Shown: one piece after another, positions 9,615 through 21,971 of the stretch
How the letters are laid out: every line of letters begins with the position of its first letter
How positions within the stretch are numbered: the stretch's first letter is position 1
DNA from: Eledone cirrhosa
Taxonomy: Eukaryota
Length of the DNA stretch: 64,000 nucleotides
Direction of reading: 5' to 3'
Assembly (NCBI GenBank): GCA_964016885.1
Contig: OZ024763.1
Coordinates: forward strand, 13,640,001 to 13,704,000
Translations under genes and position numbers: made by a program
Notes under the pieces: generated by a model
The model's input: only the letters and a program-made list of their open reading frames with translations
What the model was told of the DNA's origin: nothing
Databases searched by the model: none

Positions 9615-10258
9615 CATACATACATACATACATACATACATACATACATGGTGGCTGCCAACTCGTTTTCGAGTACGGCCACTACTTTATATCCATGTAG
9701 GAGAACCCCTACCGATGCGCTGAACGAGTGTGACTTTTTAGTCCAGCCAGCGACTTGAAAACTCTGGTACAAACACTACACTTGTGACAATTATTGACAC
9801 ATAGTGCTGGGCCCATGGTACCATGTGATTACAAGTGCAGAGAGATCTCCAGATATAAAGCAATGCCTGTGCCGTGAAGCTTTTATAGTGAGCAAAGGCA
9901 CTGCACAAAGCCAGTCCCACTCTCTTAACCAAGATGATATGTACCAAAAAGAAGAACAAGTCAACATCATTGGATACCATCAGGGTTGCAGGTGTTATAT
10001 CAGAGTTTTCCTTCTCCTAGAATTCTGCCTTGACAAAGGCTAAGGGGGTCATCTCTCCCTGTGATTTTGGATGGCTATTGACTCTTAAGAGCCCCTTTGC
10101 CTTTTGACAGGTTTTGTTTTTAGTCCTGCAGGATGTCCAAAGCAACCCTCCTCACCAAGAAACCTTGGTGGGGTTGCCAGTTTAGTCGCCAACGACCCGA
10201 CCATGAGACAGGTTGTACTGGGATACATGTTACCAGTAGCACCAACTGGTGACCTGAC
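9528..10258 (-). mobile_element. Non-autonomous RTE-derived element (5' UTR joined to 3' end, no ORF)
   Basis: 9861-10063 aligns by eye with the LINE 5' UTR at 14553-14775. The 3' hairpin GGCCGTACTCGaaaaCGAGTTGGCAGCC (9653-9680) matches the LINE 3' end at 10421-10448. (GTAT)n tail. Confidence 0.75.
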
Positions 10259-10456
10259 ACATACATACATACATACTTACATACATACATACATACATAC
10301 CTACTTGCATACATACTTACATACACACATACATACATACATACATACATACATACATACATACATACATACATACATACATACATACATACCTACTTAC
10401 ATACATACATACATGATGATGGCTGCCCCCTCGTTATCGAGTATGGCCATTGCACA

Positions 10457-10539
<83 letters not shown>

Positions 10540-10569
10540 GAAAAAAAAAAAAAAAAAAAAAGGGAAAAG

Positions 10570-10602
<33 letters not shown>

Positions 10603-10722
10603 TATACATATATATATACATACACATACATATACACACACATACATACACATACATACATATATACACACACACATACATACACATACACTCACACATA
10701 TATACACACATACATTAATAAC

Positions 10723-10762
<40 letters not shown>

Positions 10763-10841
10763 GCAATAATATTAATAACGACAACAACAACAATAATATA
10801 CATATTCATATATATATACACACACACGCACGCACATAAGC

Positions 10842-10879
<38 letters not shown>

Positions 10880-13800
10880 GATAGCAACTAACAGTGCTGC
10901 GATCGAATGTGGCTTTTTAGCCCAGCCAATGATCTAAAATGTCTTGCACAGAGTCGGCAACCAAAACATTTACTGGGAATAGTCGGCTGTGGTTGGAGTT
11001 CGTGTACTTTTGCATGTCGCTTGAGTCCTCCTGCTGATTTACATTCTCTACCACATGTTTGGCAAGCATGATGAGTAGCATCTCCAACAGCAGCCTGGTA
11101 GTCAACCACTGGTCTTACTTTATGACTGCGAAGATGACTTTCGAGTCCAGCTTTGCTTAGGCAGAGTCTCGCACAGACGCTGCATGTCAGAAACATAGGA
11201 GGACCCTCGCCGTCTGGAAGTGCAACAGCAATACCCTTCCTCACGTCCCGCTTTACTTTCTCGTGTGCGATTCGAGATGCCTCAAAGGCAACTTTTCCCT
11301 CATATACAGTCTTTCTCCATTTATTACGATCAGCAGCAACATTTTCCCATGTATCAGCAGAGATGTTAGCGTCTTTCAGAGAGGCCTTCAAGGAATCCTT
11401 ATACCTCTTTTTTGGTTTATGTGGCGGTCGTTTTCCTTTAACCAACTCTCCATAGAAGAGTTGTTTTGGTATTCTAGAATCCTTCATCCTGGCAAGGTGA
11501 CCACTCCAACGGAGTCGCTGCTTAAGCACAAGAGCTTCTATACTGTCACACATAGAGCTTTCCAAAATCTCGACATCACTGATGTGGTCCCTCCAGCGAA
11601 CGCCATGTATCCGTCTGAGACACATCTGATGGAAACGCTCCAATTGCCTAAGGTGGCGTCGATATGTGACCCAGGTCTCGCAGGCATAAAGAAGACAAGA
11701 GAGTACACATGCCCTGTACACCCTTACCTTTGTCCTCCTGCATATGTCTCGCCGACCCCAGAGTCGCCTTTCTAGCTTTCCGAAAGCATCACTTGCTTTC
11801 CTAATCCTAAGTGAGATTTCACTGTCAAGGTTGCCGTATCGATTGACAGTGCTTCCCAGGTAGACAAACTGATCAACCACTCCAAGTCGTTTGCCATACA
11901 CATAGATGTTTGGTTCAGTGTACTGCCTACCAGGTGCAGGTTGGTACATGACGACGGTTTTCTTGAGACTGACAGTCAAACCCAGGGCAGTGCAAGCGTC
12001 AGAAAATACATTCAAAATGTGCTGCATATCACTCTCTGTGTGCGCTACAAGATCGCAATCATCTGCATACAAGAGGTCTCTTATGACCGATGTAAATACC
12101 TTTGTCTTCGCAGCAAAGCGCCTGATGTTAAATATGCTGCCTGAGGTTCGATATCGGATGTAAACACCATGCTCGCAATTCCTGAATGCAACACAGAAAA
12201 CCATTGCAAAGTATATGGCAAACAGGGTCGGTGCTGGAATATCCCCCTGTTTCACTCCATTTTTTACTGAGATAGGCTCCGACATGTTACCTCCGACATT
12301 AACCCAAGCCCTCATGTCGTCATGGAAAGACCTAACTAAAGCAAGGAACTTATCAGGGCAACCAAGTTTCTGGAGAATCTTCCATAATGCATCTCTGTTG
12401 ACAGTATCGAAAGCCTTTGTCAGATCGACAAAAACCTGATACAGATCCAAGCCCTGTTCAATGCACTTCTCCTGGAGCTGTCTAGCTGAGAAGATCATAT
12501 CAGTAGTGCCGCGTCCAACACGAAAACCAGATTGACTTTCAGGAAGGACACAATCTGCAATGTGTGTCAGCAGACGGTCCAGAAGCACCCTACATAAAAC
12601 TTTCCCCACGACAGAAAGCAATGATATACCTCTGTAGTTCCCACAATCATTCCTGTTACCCTTTCCCTTGTACAAGACCACCATTACTGCATCTCTCCAG
12701 TCCTCAGGCACGGATTCATTAGCCCATATCCTTCCAAACAGAGAGTGAAGATGTTGCAGGAGTCTCTCACCACCATATTGTAGGAGCTCAGCATGTATGC
12801 CATCCATACCTGGAGATCTTCCACTGTTCAGCTTCGAAATAGCCACTGCAACCTCCACAAGTGTCGGAGGTTCTGCGAGAGCTACTTTCACAGGACTTTC
12901 CGGAATGAGATTGAGGAAATCTTCACTGACGACAGACGGCTGATTCAAAAGATCATCAAAGTGCTCTCGCCACCTTCGTAGAATTCCCTGTGAGTCACGA
13001 AGAAGTTCTTTGCCATCCCTGCTGCGAATCGGTGTCACCAGAGAAGAAGACGGTCCATAAACCTCACGCAAGAGACTGTACAACAGCTTTGTGTTATTGC
13101 AATCAGACGCAGTTTGTATCTCACCAGCCTTCTCACTCCACCACTGATCCTTCATCTGAGAAAGACTCCGCCTAACACGTGATTTTACATCCCTGAGCTC
13201 CTCATGCAACGTATTCCTCTCCTGTGGTTTTGCCGTCAAGTAGCGTGACAGAGCACGCCTCTTATCAGCCAACAAGTCTTCTATATGTACATCATTCTCA
13301 TTAAACCAGTCCTGATGTTTTCTCTGCACCAATCCCAGAACACGCCTGCCTACATCATAAACCGACTTTTTAAGGGTCGGCCAATCCTCACCAAGATCTG
13401 CAGCCTGCATCTCTTCTTCCAATGTCCTCTTCACATTTTTATCCTTAAGACGAGCAGCATTCAATCTTTTGGGCAGGGTAACACCAGGAGCCCGGATTTT
13501 ACGTTTGGTGATTAGATTCACTTTTGCGCGCACCAGGCGGTGGTCCGTCCAGCACTCAGCTCCACGAAGAACACGAACACACTGCACATCCTGTCTGTCA
13601 CGCATCCTGACTAGGACGTAGTCCAAAAGATGCCATTCCTTAGATGCAGGATGCATCCATGTGGTCTTGAATTTGTTCTTTTGTTGGAACATGGTGTTGG
13701 TAACACACAGATCTAGCTCCTCACACATCTGCAGCAAGAGCATACCATTGCTGTTACACTTTCCCACCCCATGCCTTCCGATTACATTCCATGTGTTAAA

Positions 13801-14441
13801 ATCCCTACCCACTCTAGCATTAAAGTCACCAAGCACGATGACTTTGTCTGCCTGAGGGATATTTCTTAAAACACCTTTCAAGGCATGGTAAAAGGACAGT
13901 TTTTCTTCATCGACAGAATTCATAGTTGGAGCATACACACTCACCAGGGTAGCATATCTTCCCTTGTCCAGCGGAACTCTCATGGACATAAGACGCTCAC
14001 TAATCCCCACTGGGAATTCTTCTAATTTATTCACCAGTACAGTCTTAACAGCAAATCCCACCCCAGCCTCTCTTCTGGTTCCTTCATCTCTTCCTTTCCA
14101 GAAGAATGTATATTCTCCACAAAATTCCGCAAGATGACCATCTCCAGCTAACCTCGTCTCAGACAAAGCCACGATGTCAAGATCGTAACGTCGAAGCTCC
14201 TTCGCAACAAGAGCGGTCCTTCGTTCAGGACGCTCCAAAGAATCCCCGTCAAGCAGCGTCCGTACGTTCCAGCAGCCAAGACTAAATGCCCTGTTTGGCT
14301 CTATTACAATGGCACGATGACGGGCGGGCCCAGGTTGTGATAACTTGGGGCCCCTGCCCTTATTGCCAATGATCTCTTTTGTTCCAGAACCCAAATTGGC
14401 AATTATCTCGTTTACATTGTTCTGGAACATCATTGAATTGG

Positions 14442-14479
<38 letters not shown>

Positions 14480-14484
14480 TAATA

Positions 14485-14522
<38 letters not shown>

Positions 14523-14823
14523 ACACTATTAATAATTATTAATGCACTCGTGCAATGCCTGTGCGTGACGAATATTTTTAAAGTGAGGAAAGACTGTGCA
14601 CTGAACCAATCCCACTCTCTGAGCGACAGTAGCTATAACCCGAAAAGAAGAAAAGATCAACATCATCGGTAACTACTGAGCCGCAGGTTTTATATCGGAG
14701 TTAACCCAGTTTCCTGAGATGCCTTCTCCTAGAAGAATACCCTGACATGGGCTAGGGGTTCTTCACTCCCAGTGGTTTAACTGCGCGATCGGGCATCCAG
14801 CCCGATTATTTCTATGTCCCCGC

Positions 14824-14825
<2 letters not shown>
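10259..14825 (-). mobile_element. Apparently full-length RTE-clade LINE
   Basis: Structured GC-rich 5' UTR (14825-14540), single intact ORF, 3' terminal hairpin 10421-10448 and (GTAT)n tail 10259-10413. Confidence 0.85.
10888..14433 (-). CDS. RTE LINE ORF: APE endonuclease + reverse transcriptase + 3 C2H2 zinc fingers (1181 aa)
   Basis: APE motifs CWNVRTL, LSETRL, VYAPT, GDFNA, LDYVL, TDHRLV; RT motifs NYRGISLL, QSGFR, FVDLTKAFD, GVKQG, LLYADD, YLGS; RLRWSGH; three CxxC-x12-H-x3/4-H fingers at about 11184-10894; no stops or frameshifts. Confidence 0.95.
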   Translation of the reverse strand: MMFQNNVNEIIANLGSGTKEIIGNKGRGPKLSQPGPARHRAIVIEPNRAFSLGCWNVRTLLDGDSLERPERRTALVAKELRRYDLDIVALSETRLAGDGHLAEFCGEYTFFWKGRDEGTRREAGVGFAVKTVLVNKLEEFPVGISERLMSMRVPLDKGRYATLVSVYAPTMNSVDEEKLSFYHALKGVLRNIPQADKVIVLGDFNARVGRDFNTWNVIGRHGVGKCNSNGMLLLQMCEELDLCVTNTMFQQKNKFKTTWMHPASKEWHLLDYVLVRMRDRQDVQCVRVLRGAECWTDHRLVRAKVNLITKRKIRAPGVTLPKRLNAARLKDKNVKRTLEEEMQAADLGEDWPTLKKSVYDVGRRVLGLVQRKHQDWFNENDVHIEDLLADKRRALSRYLTAKPQERNTLHEELRDVKSRVRRSLSQMKDQWWSEKAGEIQTASDCNNTKLLYSLLREVYGPSSSLVTPIRSRDGKELLRDSQGILRRWREHFDDLLNQPSVVSEDFLNLIPESPVKVALAEPPTLVEVAVAISKLNSGRSPGMDGIHAELLQYGGERLLQHLHSLFGRIWANESVPEDWRDAVMVVLYKGKGNRNDCGNYRGISLLSVVGKVLCRVLLDRLLTHIADCVLPESQSGFRVGRGTTDMIFSARQLQEKCIEQGLDLYQVFVDLTKAFDTVNRDALWKILQKLGCPDKFLALVRSFHDDMRAWVNVGGNMSEPISVKNGVKQGDIPAPTLFAIYFAMVFCVAFRNCEHGVYIRYRTSGSIFNIRRFAAKTKVFTSVIRDLLYADDCDLVAHTESDMQHILNVFSDACTALGLTVSLKKTVVMYQPAPGRQYTEPNIYVYGKRLGVVDQFVYLGSTVNRYGNLDSEISLRIRKASDAFGKLERRLWGRRDICRRTKVRVYRACVLSCLLYACETWVTYRRHLRQLERFHQMCLRRIHGVRWRDHISDVEILESSMCDSIEALVLKQRLRWSGHLARMKDSRIPKQLFYGELVKGKRPPHKPKKRYKDSLKASLKDANISADTWENVAADRNKWRKTVYEGKVAFEASRIAHEKVKRDVRKGIAVALPDGEGPPMFLTCSVCARLCLSKAGLESHLRSHKVRPVVDYQAAVGDATHHACQTCGRECKSAGGLKRHAKVHELQPQPTIPSKCFGCRLCARHFRSLAGLKSHIRSQHC

Positions 14826-14861
<36 letters not shown>

Positions 14862-15999
14862 ACTTATTGACACTTATACGTACGACATACACACACACGC
14901 ATACATATGCGTGCACACAGCAACACTCACACACACAACAAACACACACACACGCTACTCTACTCACTTACACGCACACACACACATATATATATATATA
15001 TTACCGTCATTACTGATACAAGATTACCAGATTATGTCAACTGTTGACTTTCAAGAGTTTGTATAGTTGAAGCCGATCGTATTACAGTCCAGTATTACTA
15101 TAATTGCTTTACAGCATAGAGTTATGGCTCTCCACGGAGTCAACAAAAGAGAGTACCAGTGATGCGCTGGCCAGTCGCTGGATCCGTGCCAAAAGCAGAA
15201 AAATTATTATTAAAGTTGTTCTTAAGGTCGCTGGTGGTGGTGATGGCGACGGCGGTGGCGGTGGTGGCAGTTGATGTTGTTGTTCTGTTGTGTGTGTGTG
15301 TGTGTGTTTTGTTATTTTGAGTTTTTCTTTTCCTTTCTTTTTTTCTCCCTTTTTTTTTTTTTTTTTTTTTTTTCCCCTTCCCTTTTCTTTTTTCTTTTCC
15401 CTTCCTTTTTTTATGTTTTGATGCCGCTGTTGTTGTTGTTGTTGTAATTGTTGTAAATGTTCATTTCAGTTCATTCTGAAGCTGTTGTTGCTGTAAACAT
15501 TAGTGCCGGTGTTGTTGTTGTTGTAGATGTTGGGGTTGAAATCTGGTTGTTTGACTGAGTGATGTATATACACACATATACATACACACACATATGAGTG
15601 ATGTATATACACACATATACATACACACACATATATATATATACATTCATCAGAGAGTAGAGGGTTTGACAACAGGTCGATGACTTTAGTCTCGATAGGG
15701 TATGGTATGGTAATGACATGTGATGGTGGGGAGAGAGTGTAGACGTTATTGTGGTGGTGTGGACAGTGAGATGTATCTAGTTCATTTGACCGTTTTCTTC
15801 TCTTAGCAAAATTTGAATTCTAGCCATGTTATATTGAGATGTAAGTAAATGTAAAATATAAATAAGGATTGCTCTGCTAAAATATACTAAAATATTTGTG
15901 TAACTTCCACAAACTTCTGTCGTGACATTCCCGAGTCCAGTAACCAACAAATTGTTGTATTTTGATGTTTCAGAATACAAAAATTAATTAAAAACTTAC

Positions 16000-16040
16000 C
16001 CCACGAAGAGACAGCGTGTGTTGTCCTATCTATAAGCTCC
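16000..16040 (-). other. Candidate small 5' UTR exon
   Basis: Unique sequence bounded by gtag| (16041-16042) and a strong donor GGG|gtaagt (15999). No transcript evidence. Confidence 0.3.
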
Positions 16041-16053
16041 CTACATACATACA

Positions 16054-16085
<32 letters not shown>

Positions 16086-16152
16086 CACACCACCGCCGTA
16101 TATGACCGTCTTCTCCATCCTGTCCATACAACTGCAACAGTATATATATATT

Positions 16153-16191
<39 letters not shown>

Positions 16192-16204
16192 TTAATATAG
16201 ATGA

Positions 16205-16253
16205 GATTCTACAGGACTAGAACTGTTTCATTCTTTAGAAATCATCAGGAATC
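16205..16253 (-). ncRNA. Type I hammerhead ribozyme (family of 4336-4387)
   Basis: GATTC-CTGATGA-tTTCtaaaGAAt-GAAA-CAG ttctagtc CTG-TA^GAATC. Stem I covaries with the GCTTC/GAAGC copy. Confidence 0.8.
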
Positions 16254-16277
16254 AATATATATATATATATATATATA

Positions 16278-16738
16278 TCATCATCATCATCGTTTAATGT
16301 CCACATTCCACGCTTGCATGGGTTTGGACGGGAGTTTTCCCACTTGAGGCAAGACTGGTTGTCCTGCTCGTATAGGACTGTCTGGCGGGTTTTCTACGGC
16401 TGGATGCCCTTCCTAACACCAACCACGTTTACAGTGTGGGGCTGGGAAGTTTTTACCGTGTTGCCTACACGGCCACATTACAGCGTGGACTGTCTGGCGG
16501 GTTTTCTACAGCTGGATGCCCTTCCTAACACCAACCACGTTTACAGTGTGGGGCTGGGAGGTTTTTACCGTGTTGCCTACACGGCCACATTACAGCGTGG
16601 ACTGTGTGTTTTTTTTGTTGTGACACCTACACGACCTCATTTGTTTTGGGATGGATGTTGTGGTACCAACATAACTTTACATTGAAAGGGGTGGTGTTGA
16701 TAGGATGGGGGTAGTGGGACAGGGGTGTATTTTTGTTA
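16278..16738 (-). mobile_element. RTE LINE 3' UTR fragment (family C)
   Basis: Ends CCCATGCAAGCGTGGAATGTGGACATTAAAC(GAT)n; internal duplication; matches the 3' part of 46405-47345. Confidence 0.8.
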
Positions 16739-16739
16739 T

Positions 16740-16773
16740 ACATATATATATATGTATATATATACATATATAC

Positions 16774-16819
<46 letters not shown>

Positions 16820-16838
16820 ATATGTATATGTATATATG

Positions 16839-16885
<47 letters not shown>

Positions 16886-17038
16886 GTATATATATATATA
16901 TGTATATATATATGTGTATATATATATATGTGTATATATATATATGTGTATATATATATATATGTGTATATATATATATGTGTATATATATATATATATG
17001 TATATATGTATATATGTATATATGTATATATATATATG

Positions 17039-17089
<51 letters not shown>

Positions 17090-17482
17090 GTATATATATA
17101 TATGTATATATATATGTGTATATATATATATGTATATATATATATGTATATATATATGTGTATATATATATATGTGTATATATATATATGTGTATATATA
17201 TATATGTGTATATATATATATGTGTATATATATATATGTATATATGTATATATGTATAGATGTATATATGTATAGATGTATATATATATATGTATATATA
17301 TATATGTATATATATATATGTATATATGTATATATATATATGTATATATGTATATATATATATGTATTTATATATATGTATATATATATATGTATTTATA
17401 TATATGTGTATTTATATATATGTGTATTTATATATATGTATATATATATATATGTATATATATATATGTATATATATATATG

Positions 17483-17553
<71 letters not shown>

Positions 17554-17570
17554 GTATATATATACATATA
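16740..17570. repeat. (TA)n/(TATG) microsatellite field
   Basis: Direct inspection; similar fields at 19295-19785, 20630-20772, 44370-44950, 47460-47855. Confidence 0.95.
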
Positions 17571-17881
17571 AAGGTTTACATATATATAAAGTCATAGATA
17601 TATATCTGCTTTGCAACGGGTCACGTTGTGGCTCAATGACGAATTAATAAATTAAATAATCAGAGCTATATATCATAAAACATGTCTTTAGAATCACAAG
17701 ATATAATATATACCATTTGCTCTCCCAATTAGCATAATTAACCATATAAAAAAATCAATTAGACCAATCGTCAGAGATTTCTTCATAGGAGCCTTTATTC
17801 TTATAGCTTGGTCTAATTGATTTTTATATATTTTATCTAGTGATTCTAAAGACATGTTTTATGATATGTATATATATATAC

Positions 17882-17932
<51 letters not shown>

Positions 17933-18035
17933 GGAGGTGAGTTTTATTGTAGTACAATAAAGCAATGCAATGATATGTAGATTTAAAACTGCACTATCCA
18001 CAAGTGTTTTTTAGCCTTCATATCATGTTCTCCTG

Positions 18036-18102
18036 TTTTATCTGATGAAAACACAAATATTATTGCATGATGATGTTTGTTTTTGAAATGCGCATAATAA
18101 AA
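18036..18102 (+). ncRNA. Type I hammerhead ribozyme (family of 4069-4135)
   Basis: TTTTAT-CTGATGA(18042-18048)...GAAA(18085-18088)-TGCGCA-TA^ATAAAA, inside an element at 17929-18142 nearly identical to parts of 3766-4175. Confidence 0.8.
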
Positions 18103-18134
18103 TACATGGAACTCCTTTAACCATCTTTTGATCT

Positions 18135-18167
<33 letters not shown>

Positions 18168-18481
18168 AGATGGGTGAGTTATATAATATTACTTTGAGGT
18201 TGACTATACGGAATGAGCAGTTCTATCCAGTGGTGAACCAACAAACCTAAATAAATATATATATATATAATAATATTATTAATACTTATATATACACTAT
18301 ATATAATTATAAACAGGAAAGGTCAGTATTTGTTTTTTTACCACCTCAATACCAGTATGAAAAATAGCTCAATGTAAATACATCAGATGTCTTACAGAGT
18401 AGGAATATAAATTACAGAACAATCAAAACTATGTTTAAAACATTTTATTGCCGACAATCATTTCTTCCAATTCTGTTTATC

Positions 18482-18564
<83 letters not shown>

Positions 18565-18567
18565 CAT

Positions 18568-18856
18568 CAAAAGGTTGTGAGTTCAATTCTCAGACTGGGT
18601 GATGTGTTGTTTCCTTGAGCAAGACACTTTATTTTACATTGCTCCAGTTTACTCAGCTGTAGAAATGAGATGATAGGGACTGGGTCCCTATCATTCCACT
18701 GCAAAGTGGTCGTGGAGGTACCACGGCAAAAAAGCACCCAGCACTCACTGTAAATGAGGTTGGTGTTAGGAAGGGCATCCAGCTGTAGAAATCAAGCCAG
18801 AATCAGTTCCCATCCCACCCTTGCAAGCAGGGAAAAAGCGGACGTAAAATGAAATG
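18568..18856 (+). mobile_element. SINE family B, 5'-truncated
   Basis: Matches 6908-7200. Confidence 0.8.
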
Positions 18857-18889
18857 ATTATGAATGATGACATCACACACATATATATG

Positions 18890-19286
18890 ATCATCATCAT
18901 CATCACCGTTTTACGTCCGTTCTTCCACACTAGCATGGGTTAGATGGGTTGACCTGTTGTGGGCAGTGTCCGGTCAGCTGACCTTGTCGTGCTCATACGG
19001 GAACTGATTCTGGCTTGATTTCTACAGCTGGATGCCCTTCCCAACACCAACCTCATTTACAGTGAGTGCTGGGTGCTTCTTTTTTTCATGGCGCCTACAC
19101 GTCCACTTTGCAGTGGAATGATAGGGACCCCAGTCCCTATCATCTCATTTCTACAGCTGAGTAAACTGGAGCAATGTGAAATAAAGTGTCTTGCTCAAGG
19201 AAACAACACATCACCCGGTCTGAGAATTGAACTGACAACCTTTCGATTGCAAGGCCAATGCTCTAACCACTAAGCCACGTGCCTTC
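18890..19286 (-). mobile_element. SINE family B variant with longer RTE-type tail
   Basis: tRNA-like head at 19286-19220; tail CCCATGCTAGTGTGGAAGAACGGACGTAAAAC followed by GAT repeats. Confidence 0.8.
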
Positions 19287-19377
19287 ATGTGCCTACATAT
19301 ATATGTATATATTTATATATACATATATATATATATGTATTAATATATATATATGTATATATACATATATATATATG

Positions 19378-19426
<49 letters not shown>

Positions 19427-19467
19427 GTATATATATATATACATACATATATATATATATATATATG

Positions 19468-19620
<153 letters not shown>

Positions 19621-19669
19621 TTATATATATATATGTATATATACATATATATATATGTATATATATATG

Positions 19670-19742
<73 letters not shown>

Positions 19743-19747
19743 GTATT

Positions 19748-19786
<39 letters not shown>

Positions 19787-20245
19787 GTAAGACAAAACCT
19801 ATATATTTACAAGTTCTGTAAAATCATATGGAGCGAGTGACAAACGGCAATCTTAAACAAATTCAATTCGTCTGGTTTGATAAATTTATATAATTACATA
19901 TATTTAAATGCACATATTTAATATATGGCTCCATTTTACAGTTCACCAGGCTGTTGACAAAATCTATATCTGTGAAGAATTATATGACCTAGTTCTCACT
20001 GTTAAATCTCTTAAAAGGTTTTCGATTTAGAGAAGATATTCACAATATGGGGGCCAGAATTTAATGATGTATTCAAATATATGCAGAAGAAGTGAAAAAG
20101 TTCCAAGTGGAAGGACACCATGGTAGAGGAAGACCATGGAAGGCTTGAATAGAGGTGTTGGAAGATGACCTCAAGACATGACACTTCACAAAAGAAAGAT
20201 TAGTGGAGAGATTTTGTAATGAAGTGAACAAGTCTTTCTCTCTCT

Positions 20246-20276
<31 letters not shown>

Positions 20277-20300
20277 CATCATCATCATCATCATCATCAC

Positions 20301-20626
20301 CATTTTACGTCCGCTTTTCCCTGCTTGCAAAGGTGGGACGGGAACTGATTCTGGCTTGATTTCTACAGCTGGATGCCCTTCCTAACACCAACCTCATTTA
20401 CAGTGAGTGCTGGGTGCTTTTTTGCCGTGGCACCTCCACGACCACTTTGCAGTGGAATGATAGGGACCCCAGTCCCTATCATCTCATTTCTACAGCTGAG
20501 TAAACTGGAGCAATGTGAAAATAAAGTGTCTTGCTCAAGGAAACAACACATCACCCGGTCTGAGAATTGAACTCACAATCTTTCGATTGCAAGGCCAATG
20601 CTCTAACCACTAAGCCATGTGCCTCC
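20301..20626 (-). mobile_element. SINE family B, full length
   Basis: Reverse complement of 6865-7190. Confidence 0.85.
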
Positions 20627-20812
<186 letters not shown>

Positions 20813-20927
20813 GTGGGTAATATTAAATATTAGAAGTAAGAGAATAGCTCAATGTAAAATAACAAGTATAATACAGAGCCGAAATACTTTATAAATAACA
20901 ATCTAAGAGTGTTTTAGAACATTTAAT

Positions 20928-20974
20928 TACTAACGATTGTTTCATCCAAGCGCAAGGCTGGAATCATCAGAGTA
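20928..20974 (-). ncRNA. Minimal type I hammerhead ribozyme
   Basis: TACT-CTGATGA-tTCCAgccttgcgctTGGAt-GAAA-C aatc G-TT^AGTA; 4-bp stem I, GUU triplet. Confidence 0.65.
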
Positions 20975-21483
20975 TAAATCAAAGGTTAAAACACAAATAA
21001 ACTTGTCAAAGAACATTTTGAGGATACACAATATGGGAAGAAAGCATAAATAATAAATATTAACATTCATATAAGAGAAGAAAGCAAAGATAGAAGAAGC
21101 ATATGAAAAATATGAGTATATAAATGCAATTATGAGCAGCTAAAAGCATTAAAAATCTTAAAAACATGCTGGTATAGAGAAATAGGCTGCTATAAGGAAG
21201 TTAAGCATAGTGCAAGGCATCTATTATCATTAATAAATTAACATAACATAAGCATTACCACAGTCTATAATTGAGGGTGCAGAGATCAAATATAAATTCA
21301 AGAATATATATATATATATATATACGATATTAAATAAATGGAAACTATATGAAATAAATATGGTTTTATAAATATAGTTTCCATTTATTTAATATCGTAA
21401 ATATACTCCAAATACTTGTTGAGTGCTTTTATATCAGTTATAAATATTTACTAGTTGTAACCCAACAATTTAAATATAACTTT

Positions 21484-21529
<46 letters not shown>

Positions 21530-21667
21530 GTGTTAAACGATATTCAATGATTATGTCAAAGAATGAGTTTTACAGTAGATTGGAAGCACTATACGGAAAA
21601 ATTTTTCTGGAGTTATTAATATTAAAATATAAATATTAATAAAATAGATGTTCTTTTGATCAATTAC

Positions 21668-21720
21668 ATTTTATTATACATATTTCGGGTGTACAACAGT
21701 ACGTCCTCATCAGACAAAAT
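21668..21720 (-). ncRNA. Type I hammerhead ribozyme (left arm of 21618-21941 palindrome)
   Basis: ATTTTGT-CTGATGA-GGacGTACtgttGTACacCC-GAAA-TATGTA-TA^ATAAAAT. Confidence 0.75.
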
Positions 21721-21839
21721 ATAATGATACATGACATACCCTGAGATGTTAAATGGTTAAGATTTAATCAAGGTAGTTTGATTAAATTTTGATTAAATCT
21801 TAACCATTTAACATCTCAGGGTATGTCATGTATCATTAT

Positions 21840-21892
21840 ATTTTGTTTGATGAGGACGTACTGTTGTACATCCGAAATATGTATAATAAAAT
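21840..21892 (+). ncRNA. Hammerhead ribozyme with C3-to-U core substitution (right arm)
   Basis: ATTTTGT-TTGATGA-GGAcGTACtgttGTACaTCC-GAAA-TATGTA-TA^ATAAAAT; probably impaired. Confidence 0.6.
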
Positions 21893-21932
21893 GTAATTGA
21901 TCAAAAGAACATCTATTTTATTAATATTTATA

Positions 21933-21971
<39 letters not shown>

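Noticed and set aside
10160-10258. HDV-like ribozyme at the 5' end of the non-autonomous RTE element (and at 14770-14825)
   Set aside because: Hairpins and a GGCGACTAAAC segment are suggestive and RTE 5' ends can carry such ribozymes, but I could not close P1, P1.1, P2 and P3 consistently by eye; needs a descriptor search.
11153-13855. Plus-strand ORFs overlapping the LINE
   Set aside because: Antisense shadows of the RTE ORF with no independent motifs.
17668-17868. Interrupted inverted repeat with a CTGACGA on the minus strand (also the hairpin at 21323-21399)
   Set aside because: Probably the same class of fold-back element, but core motifs are incomplete or out of order, so no ribozyme was called.
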